DNA from: Mycoplasmoides genitalium G37
GTDB taxonomy: Bacteria > Bacillota_I > Bacilli_A > Mycoplasmatales > Mycoplasmoidaceae
NCBI RefSeq assembly: GCF_000027325.1
Contig: NC_000908.2
Coordinates: 420,001 to 452,000 of the forward strand
Direction of reading: 5' to 3'
DNA: 32,000 nt
Shown: positions 23,922 to 32,000 of the stretch, one piece after another
Layout: each line of letters begins with the position of its first letter
How positions within the stretch are numbered: position 1 is the first letter of the stretch
Position numbers and translations under genes: made by a program
Notes under the pieces: generated by a model
The model's database searches: none
The model's input: the letters and a program-made list of their open reading frames with translations, nothing else
Told to the model about the DNA's origin: nothing

Positions 23922-24422
23922 ATGTATAAATCAGTAATAAACATAGTTTTATTTTGTCCAGAAATTCCTAATAACACTGGCAACATCGTACGTAGTTGCA
24001 CTGCTTTTAAAGCTAATCTACACTTAATTAAACCTTATGGCTTTTTCTTAAATGATAAAAGGATGGTTAGAGCTGGTTTAAATTGTTGAGATAAAATTCA
24101 ATTATTTGAACACAAATCATGAGAACATTTCTTACAAGCAACCACTGAAAATAAAACTATTTGGCTTTTAACTAAAAGTGGTGATAAAACTCCTGATCAA
24201 ATTTGCATGACAAATAAATTACCAAACGAACTTTACTTTGTTTTTGGTCAGGAAACAAAGGGATTACCTAAAACAATCATGGATAACTTTAAACAAAACC
24301 AAATTAGAATTCCCATTTGAAATAGTGTTAGAAGTATTAATCTTGCTAATGCAGTTGTCTGTATTTTGTATGAATATTCAAAGCAAAATCAATACTCTAA
24401 TTTAGATAAACAGTGCGCTTAA
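23922..24422 (+). CDS. trmL: SpoU/TrmH-family tRNA 2'-O-methyltransferase, TrmL (YibK/CspR)-like (166 aa)
   Basis: The code-4 ORF is absent from the track because of 3 TGA codons. It has the N-terminal INIVLFCPEIPNNTGNIVRSC block and the C-terminal knot region IRIPIWNSVRSINLANAVVCILYE. Confidence 0.8.
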
Positions 24423-25045
24423 GAAAAGTTAAAAACGCTCTTTTAAAAATTAATCAAAGTCCTTATTTTTATTCAAAAGATAAGTTTGCTAAGTTTACTA
24501 AAAAACAATTAGTGCTGGAATTGGGTTGTGGTAAGGGTACTTTTTTAATCAAAGAAGCACAAAAAAATAACAATTTTCTTTTTATAGGAATTGAACGTGA
24601 ACCTACAATTGTTTTAAAAGCAATTAACAAAATTAACAAGTTGGATTTTAATTTGGAAAATATCTTATTGTTGTGTACAGATGCAAAACAACTTGATGAT
24701 TATTTTCAAGCTGAATCTGTTCAAAAAATCTTTATTAATTTCCCTGATCCTTGACCTAAAAAGCGTCATATACAAAGACGTCTAACAAGTCCAGATTTTT
24801 TGAAACTTTTTTGAAATTTACTAGTAAAAAATGGCTTAATTGAGTTTAAGACTGATAATGATAAGTTATTTGAATATACTTTAACAACATTGCAAGAAAA
24901 TAGTCAAATTTTTGAAATTATCCATCAAATAACTGATCTTAACAATTCTGAATTCAGTTTTCAAAATAGTATCACTGAATATGAACAGCGCTTTATGGAA
25001 TTAGAAATTCCAATTAAAAAACTAGTGATTAAGAAAATAATTTAA
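24413..25045 (+). CDS. trmB: tRNA (guanine46-N7)-methyltransferase (210 aa)
   Basis: The GTG start at 24413 is the first start after the in-frame TAA. The N-terminus is MRLRKVKNA. It has the SAM motif LELGCGKG and FPDPWPKKRH with Trp encoded by TGA. It overlaps trmL by 10 nt. Confidence 0.88.
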
Positions 25046-25076
25046 TTAAAGTTATTAGAATAATTATTAGCTTGAT

Positions 25077-25153
25077 GGCGATTGTGGCGAAGTGGTTAAC
25101 GCACCTGATTGTGGATCAGGCATTCGTGGGTTCAATTCCCATCAGTCGCCCCA
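25077..25153 (+). tRNA. tRNA-His (anticodon GTG), with encoded CCA
   Basis: Cloverleaf drawn by hand. The acceptor stem is 8 bp including G-1:C73, which is diagnostic of tRNA-His. The anticodon arm is CCTGA-TTGTGGA-TCAGG and the T arm is GTGGG-TTCAATT-CCCAT. Confidence 0.93.
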
Positions 25154-25165
25154 TTAAAGATTCAA

Positions 25166-25192
25166 AGAGCAGCAGTTAGCTGCTTTTTTTTA
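25166..25192. terminator. Hairpin AGCAGC-AGTTA-GCTGCT followed by T8; a terminator after tRNA-His, positioned between convergent transcription units
   Basis: The stem spans 25168..25173 and 25179..25184, extendable by G:U and A:U pairs, then TTTTTTTT. The minus-strand lipoprotein gene stops at 25197. Confidence 0.6.
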
Positions 25193-25196
25193 TTAG

Positions 25197-26165
25197 CTAG
25201 TTTAGTGGAGTATAAACACTATCCAAGAAATTTAAAAAATCAACACTAACTCTTACTGCGTGTTGTTTAATTCCATAAGATTTTTGTGATCTTTGAACTG
25301 CTGGTTGAGAAGATTGTGGTGAAGTAGGAGTAGTATTTTGTCCATTACCACTACTTGAGTCACCACCTGAACTGCCATCACTACCGCCCCCTTCACCACT
25401 TGAAGCTGGTGGGGTTGAATCACCCTGACCTGATCCAGGTGCATTAGGATTTGTAGAGTTATCCAAACCATAAAAATTAGCTCTTATCTTATTAAGGTTA
25501 TCTTTTCTAAAAGCAATCACAATTGCTTTAGTTACATCATTACCAACTGTTTGAGCATGCACATTTGATTGATTGATTAAGTTAGCTACATTACCACCAT
25601 AAGTACGTTGAATAAAATCAACTATTTCTCTATAGCGAACTGCAGAAGCATCTGATCTTCTTAACTTATTGGAATTGTCTTTATCTTCTTGACTTGCAAG
25701 TTCGTTTTTTCTATCCACAACAGGAAAACGTGCATATGGGTTTCACTTTACTGAACCAGGAGCAATATCATTCCAAATTAAAAATTTAACTCCGTTTGGA
25801 TAAGTAGAATAACGGTTTTGCACCTGTCTGATGGTGGTACCCAAGGTACCTCCTCAACTAAGAGAACTTGTACCTTGATTAGTAGAACCGTTTAGAAAAT
25901 TAATTTGGGAACTATCTGTTTCGGTTGCAATAACAACCACATAATTACCATCGTTATATGATCTGGTTCCAAAAACTAAGTTTCTAAATGTTGTACTGTT
26001 AACAGGCAATTGGTTGTAAGCTGTATTTTTTTCCACACTTTCAACAGAAAGTTCACGAAAAAAAGACTGATCGATGTTACTACAAGAACTTAAAATCATT
26101 CCTGTTCCTAGTAATAAAACTAACCATGCTTTTTTATGTTTTAGATTTCAAAAAAGACGCTTCAT
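25197..26165 (-). CDS. Putative lipoprotein (322 aa) with a Gly/Ser/Pro-rich low-complexity segment
   Basis: ORFs 25197..25718 and 25854..26099 plus the upstream sequence are in one frame; the gap was walked and contains only TGA. The N-terminus MKRLFWNLKHKKAWLVLLLGTGMILSSC is a signal peptide with a lipobox Cys. TAG stop at 25197..25199. Confidence 0.8.
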
Positions 26166-26177
26166 TTCTAAATTGAC

Positions 26178-26265
26178 TGGTGTCGGAGACCAGACTTGAA
26201 CTGGCACAGTCTTTAACGACCACAAGCACCTCAAGCTTGCGTGTCTACCATTCCACCACTCCGAC
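26178..26265 (-). tRNA. tRNA-Leu (anticodon GAG), class II, with encoded CCA
   Basis: Hand-folded. The acceptor stem is GTCGGAG/CTCCGAC and the discriminator is A73. The anticodon arm is CAAGC-TTGAGGT-GCTTG. It has a long variable arm, and the T arm is GCCAG-TTCAAGT-CTGGT. Confidence 0.85.
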
Positions 26266-26575
26266 TATTTGCTTGTAGTTAATATTGTTTATATTAATAA
26301 AAATTTTAATACAAGAGTTAACAAGGCTATTAGCTTGTACTAGCTTAAACTAGGAATATAAAGGTGTTATTTCAAGCTAAATTCCCGCTTTTTTCTCCTT
26401 AAATTCAACTTTTTTTATCCGATTATTGGTAAATAAATCAGTTTAAAAAGTTATTAACAAAATGTTTATAAGTCTCAAAAAAGGGTTGTTTTAGACTGTT
26501 TTTAATGTCAATAAGTTGTAAATAAATGGCAGAAAAATCTTTTTTTAGCCTTTTAATGCAAAGTAATTTCAATAA

Positions 26576-27790
26576 ATGGAGGATAGCGTCTTATACTCTT
26601 TTTACTTTTGAACGTATATGCAACCCAACTATTACCGTGTGATCAAAAAAGCAACATCATTTTCTGGATTAGAAATGATCTCTCATGCTTATGGTCAAAT
26701 TGCGGGAGTGGAAGTTGTTGGGTTTTATTTATGACTAATAACAGAAGCTAATATTCAGGCGTTCAACAGTGAAATTAGAACCCCCATTTCACGATTACAA
26801 AATGCCTTTAATCCTTTTGAAATTAAAAAAAACCAAGTCTCTGAATGGATTTATAAAACTATTAGCAAATTAGAGAGTCTTGGTTTAGTGAGAACTTTTT
26901 TTTCACCAAAACGCTCTGAAATAACTTTTTGTATTATTGATCCTTTAGATTGGAAAGAATTTAAGCAAAACAAACAATTAAAAGAAAAACTAGTTGAGGC
27001 AATGGGAAAAGTTGAATATGACCGAAACTGCTTAGCTTTTGATCAAATCGACAATCTTCAATTTGATAATGCGCTTGAAATCTCTGCTAACTTTGAAGTT
27101 AATTTCACTGCAAACCAAAGCGATGTTTGATTTAGCTTTAACTTCGAGGAACTACATAAAGAACTTGTAAAAAACAAACTTTTAATTTCTTTAGATGAAA
27201 AAGCTAAGACTTTAATTAATGGTTATTTTGAAAAATACAAGCTTTCATTGCAACAAATTACTGATTGCATCATCAACAGTAGTACTCAAGAGAATGAGCT
27301 TGATTTTCAAAAGTTAGAAATGATGTTTTTTCAAATAGTAAAAAATGATACAGCTCCCATTTTAGAAACAGTTTCAAACAACAAAGACTTTTTTTATAAG
27401 AATGAAATTTTAGATGAATCAACAAAAAAAGCAATAACAGACTGTCATGTAAACTTCAATTCTGAAAAATACCTTTTTCTTCTATATGGAAAGATAGATG
27501 AATCGCAATTGCAATTAGTTAGACAATTGAGAAGTGATTATCAACTATTAGATAAAGTAATTAATTTAGTATTAGACTTTTCCTTTTGAAAAAATAACGG
27601 AATGTGAAGAGAAAAATACATTCTAAAAATTGCCCAATCCATCAAAATTAATAACAGTCAAAACAGTTATGAAAAAACCCTTAATAATTTTATTAGAGCA
27701 CTAACTTTAAATAAAAAGCATTCTTTAAATAATATAAAACCAGTTGAAAAAACAATTTCCTTTACTGAGTATTTTGAATTTATTAAATAA
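26576..27790 (+). CDS. DnaB(Bacillus-type)/DnaD-like replication initiation and membrane attachment family protein (404 aa)
   Basis: Code-4 ORF from ATG 26576, the first start after the in-frame stops, through TGA codons to TAA 27788..27790. It has a winged-helix-like segment SEWIYKTISKLESLGLVRTF and a DnaB_2-like C-terminal segment (QLQLVRQLRSDYQLLDKVINLVLDFS). It sits upstream of a DnaI-like gene, as in the B. subtilis dnaB-dnaI arrangement. Confidence 0.6.
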
Positions 27791-28725
27791 TGAAAATTTC
27801 ACCAGATCAAAAAGATAAAAAGTCATTATTTAAAAAACATTTTGCTTATTTGAAATTAACTGAAAAAGAACTTAATGATCCTAAGATACAAACACTTTTA
27901 GAAGTTGCGTGGAATCATTTTGATCAGTGTAGAAAAATTAAAGAAAGAAGATGTAGTAATAAAGGTGATATCCATCTTCAAGCTGTTAGAGAGTGGTTAC
28001 CTTGAGAATTTAACGCTAATCAACTTAAAAAAAATAGTACAAAAGAAACAACGCAAGTTAGTGAAAATGAATTTATGGGTAATGTTATGCTCATGCAAAC
28101 TATTTGTCCTAAATTAGTTAATAAAGCAAACTGATTTGATTTAACTTATGAGCGTTTTATTGTTACAAAACCAAACTGATTTAAATACATGGATTTGATT
28201 CCAATGATCCAAAATTTACCAGTAACTCCAAGTGATAAAAATAGTTTTGGTTATGCATACAAAAAGATATCTAATCTTTTTGAAACTGAAAAGAAAACAA
28301 AGAAAAGGATATTTTTTTTCAATTTACAAAAGAATAACATTAACAATATGGCAGCTTGTATGTTAACTTGTGAAATAGCTAAGAAAAATATAAAAGTTGC
28401 TTTAATTTATTGTGAAGAATTTGTTAGCAGATATGACAAAAGTTATTGAAAGGTAGATGATGATTTAAATTTACTTGATGAGGCAAAAGTAATCATATTC
28501 ATTGGTTTAGGTCAGGAAAGTTTTCATAACAAAAACTATATCTTGTTTATGACAAGGCTTTTTATAAATTGTTTTTTGAAAAGAAAAGATGTTTTCTTTT
28601 TTAGCACTACTTATAGTGATGGTAATGGATTAATTCAAACATTTAAAAACCAAATTATTAGTAGTGCAAATTGAGTAAAACACTTTTTTGAACAACTTAA
28701 TGATTTATTAATGATTAATATTTAA
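27790..28725 (+). CDS. DnaI/DnaC-like helicase-loader homologue (311 aa) with apparently degenerate Walker A and B motifs
   Basis: ORFs 27790..28005 and 28189..28449 plus the downstream sequence are in one frame via TGA codons. The ATG overlaps the upstream stop (TAATG). Aligned from memory against B. subtilis DnaI, these pairs correspond: [12 protein letters not shown] and AAIANELAEK; [10 protein letters not shown] and VYVPEFVREL; [10 protein letters not shown] and VLMLDDIGAE; [10 protein letters not shown] and LPTFFSSNFS. Confidence 0.55.
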
Positions 28726-28782
28726 AAATTACATTCTTTCACCAATAAATAGCTAAGTTTATGTAAAATTTATCTTGTATTA

Positions 28783-28864
28783 CCTGGAGTGGCGGAATGG
28801 TAGACGCGGTGGACTCAAAACCCACTAGGAAACTGTAGGAGTTCAAGTCTCCTCTCCAGGACCA
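28783..28864 (+). tRNA. tRNA-Leu (anticodon CAA), with encoded CCA
   Basis: Hand-folded. The acceptor stem is CCTGGAG/CTCCAGG and the discriminator is A73. The anticodon loop is CTCAAAA. The extended variable region is 11 nt, and the T arm is AGGAG-TTCAAGT-CTCCT. Confidence 0.85.
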
Positions 28865-28896
28865 TAATTAAATACTTAAATTTACACTACGAAATT

Positions 28897-28932
28897 ACAA
28901 GCTCAGTTTAAAGCTGAGCTTGTTTTATTTTT
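28897..28932. terminator. Strong hairpin ACAAGCTCAG-TTTAAAG-CTGAGCTTGT followed by TTTTATTTTT; a likely terminator between convergent units
   Basis: Perfect 10-bp stem with a T-rich tract on the plus strand. It lies between tRNA-Leu(CAA) on the plus strand and the stop of the minus-strand membrane-protein gene at 28943. Confidence 0.7.
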
Positions 28933-28942
28933 ATAGTGATTT

Positions 28943-29617
28943 CTATTTAGCTAATGCTCTTTTTCAATAAAACTTTTGAAAGGAACGCATAATTGGCACT
29001 CCAAAACAACTAACAAGTCCAAATTTCACCAAATTAAAAAACGAATATAAACAGAAAATTCCCAGCCAATAGTTATTAATTCCAAAGAAAAAGAAATGAA
29101 AATCAGTGTTCTTGTTATATTGTTCAGCAACTATTAAAAAGTTAGGTGTTTGAACATAACCAAAGTAGTATCAAAACAAAGGTGTTATCAAAATACCGTT
29201 AAGCGTTGTTAGTAATAAAGCATTGGATAAGGTTGTAAATAAAAACACAAAGATTCAACAAAATCTTCTTTTTGAAAATAAACAAAAATAAAGCCTTGTA
29301 AATAAGATAGTCGATAAGTTAGCTAAAGTTACAGTTAGAACACCAATAACATTATTAGTATTTCAAAAAAAACTAGTTAAAGCAGAAGCTAATGTAATTG
29401 TTAAGCTTCAACCTAGTGACACAAAAAAAGCACATGCAACTAAAAAAACAACGGAAATATCAAAAGTTAGTTTTAGTTGTGAGAAAAAAGGAATACTAAT
29501 AAATTCACTAATTAATGATGTAATGATGGCCAAAGCAAGCATCATTGCACTAAAAGTAATATTAAATAACTGATGGTATGATTTTTTTGGCAAAAAAACC
29601 AGTTTATTACCATTCAT
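28943..29617 (-). CDS. Polytopic integral membrane protein (224 aa), possibly ECF-transporter S-component-like
   Basis: ORF 29408..29617 extended in frame through 5 TGA codons to TAG 28943..28945, walked codon by codon. It has multiple hydrophobic segments. The family assignment is a guess from composition and topology only. Confidence 0.6.
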
Positions 29618-29664
29618 TATTTAAAAGACTCTTGAATTATTAGTTAATAATAATATTTATTGAT

Positions 29665-31048
<1,384 letters not shown>

Positions 31049-31196
31049 ATAATTATTTTTTAAAACTTTATTAGCTCTGTTATTGCTAAAAACAAAAGAG
31101 AAACAATTTAACGCATTCTATTTTATTATTGATTCAACAATTAAATTAAAACACTTATAAAGTAAATTTTTAGACAATTATTTCTATTCTTAAGAC

Positions 31197-31610
31197 ATGG
31201 AACAAAACAATATTAAAGAACAACTTATTTCTTTCTTTAATCAAGCATGTTCTACCCACCAAGAAAGACTTGATTTTATCTGTTCTACAAGAGAAAGTGA
31301 TACTTTTTCTAGTGTTGATGTACCACTTGAACCCATTAAAAATATTATTGAAATAACTAAAGATGAAAATCAACAAATTGAAATTACAAAAATAGCTGTT
31401 AATAACATTAAAACATTATCTTCTGTTGGTGCAACCGGTCAGTATATGGCATCTTTCTTTTCAACGAATAGTGAGCCAGCTATAATATTTTGCGTCATTT
31501 ATTTTTTATATCACTTTGGTTTTTTAAAAGATAACAATAAAAAACAAATAATAAAAAAGGCTTATGAAACTATTGCTGATAACATTGCTGACTATTTAAA
31601 TGAAAATTAG
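31197..31610 (+). CDS. Hypothetical protein (137 aa) with one hydrophobic segment
   Basis: Intact ORF from ATG to TAG. I recognise no domain. The hydrophobic stretch is AIIFCVIYFLYHFGFL. Confidence 0.6.
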   Translation: MEQNNIKEQLISFFNQACSTHQERLDFICSTRESDTFSSVDVPLEPIKNIIEITKDENQQIEITKIAVNNIKTLSSVGATGQYMASFFSTNSEPAIIFCVIYFLYHFGFLKDNNKKQIIKKAYETIADNIADYLNEN

Positions 31611-31612
31611 GT

Positions 31613-32000
31613 TTAAGACTTATTATTTTGTGTAATGGTAATATTGTCTTTAACAACTGCAATGTTGTATCCAACACCTTTTTTTATCTTTCCCTGAAGG
31701 ATATATTTAGCTATTAAAGTTGCAACACTATGATCAATAAAGCGCTTAATTGGTCTTGCACCAAACTGTTGATCAAAACTACTTTTATAGATAAACTCTG
31801 TTAGATTTGAATCAAAATTAAAAAATAAATTTTGTTTATTCAAGCGTTTTGAAAGTTGTGCCAACAAGCTGTTGATTATCGATAAAACTGTATCTTTCTC
31901 AAGAACATTGAAAAATACTATCTCATCAATACGATTTATAAATTCAGGACGGAAATGTTTCTTTAGACTTTGAATGGCCAAATCTTTTTTTCCTTCTAAA
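31613..32000 (-). CDS. clpB: ClpB/Hsp104-type AAA+ chaperone, C-terminal part (partial; continues beyond the window end)
   Basis: The frame is open to position 32000. It has the sensor-2 region FRPEFINRIDEIVFFNVL and GARPIKRFI. TAA stop at 31613..31615. Confidence 0.85.
   Translation of the reverse strand, partial: LEGKKDLAIQSLKKHFRPEFINRIDEIVFFNVLEKDTVLSIINSLLAQLSKRLNKQNLFFNFDSNLTEFIYKSSFDQQFGARPIKRFIDHSVATLIAKYILQGKIKKGVGYNIAVVKDNITITQNNKS

Noticed and set aside
25253-25471. 72-aa alternative-frame ORF within the 322-aa lipoprotein gene
   Set aside because: It is generated by the GC-rich low-complexity linker. The lipoprotein frame, with its signal peptide and lipobox and continuous code-4 ORF, explains the region.
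27905-28117. 70-aa frame-2 ORF inside the DnaI-like gene, and the 68-aa minus-strand ORF 31170..31376 overlapping the start of the 137-aa hypothetical gene
   Set aside because: They are overlapping shadow ORFs with no recognisable features. The longer code-4 ORFs in the other frame or strand are better supported.

Overview
The window reads as a Mollicutes chromosome that uses translation table 4 (UGA = Trp). By content and gene order it matches Mycoplasma (Mycoplasmoides) genitalium, roughly loci MG335 to MG355; that numbering is from memory and was not searched. The supplied standard-code ORF track splits most genes into pieces. Reading TGA as Trp fuses those pieces in frame into full-length genes, and I checked the gaps codon by codon for TAA/TAG in the large lipoprotein, ileS, rpoB, rpoC, the esterase and several smaller genes. 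TGA also falls on conserved Trp positions: rpoB WNGYNYED and GEMEVWALEAYG, and trmB FPDPWPKKRH.

Genes in order:
- engB-like 5' end (partial)
- UPF0154 membrane protein
- GT2 glycosyltransferase
- nifS-like cysteine desulfurase and nifU/IscU-like scaffold
- 1270-aa lipoprotein
- recA
- about 2.25 kb GC-rich MgPa repeat (MgPar), a non-expressed mosaic of mgpB- and mgpC-like adhesin sequence
- rpoC and rpoB
- FMN-reductase-like protein
- 346-aa hypothetical protein
- alpha/beta hydrolase
- ileS
- trmL and trmB
- tRNA-His
- 322-aa lipoprotein
- tRNA-Leu(GAG)
- DnaB/DnaD-like plus DnaI-like gene pair
- tRNA-Leu(CAA)
- polytopic membrane protein
- ppa
- recU
- HU-like protein
- 137-aa hypothetical protein
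- clpB 3' end (partial)

I found no CRISPR array, IS element, prophage, restriction-modification, toxin-antitoxin or other defence-like module, and no convincing undescribed multi-gene system.

The most interesting material is the already-described recombination and antigenic-variation hardware:
- the MgPar donor cassette sits directly beside recA
- a sigma-20 (MG428)-type promoter-like motif lies immediately upstream of recA
- long perfect trinucleotide repeats occur inside the MgPar

The second point of interest is a DnaI-like helicase-loader homologue whose Walker A and Walker B positions look degenerate. Both interpretations are inference and need database or structure checks.
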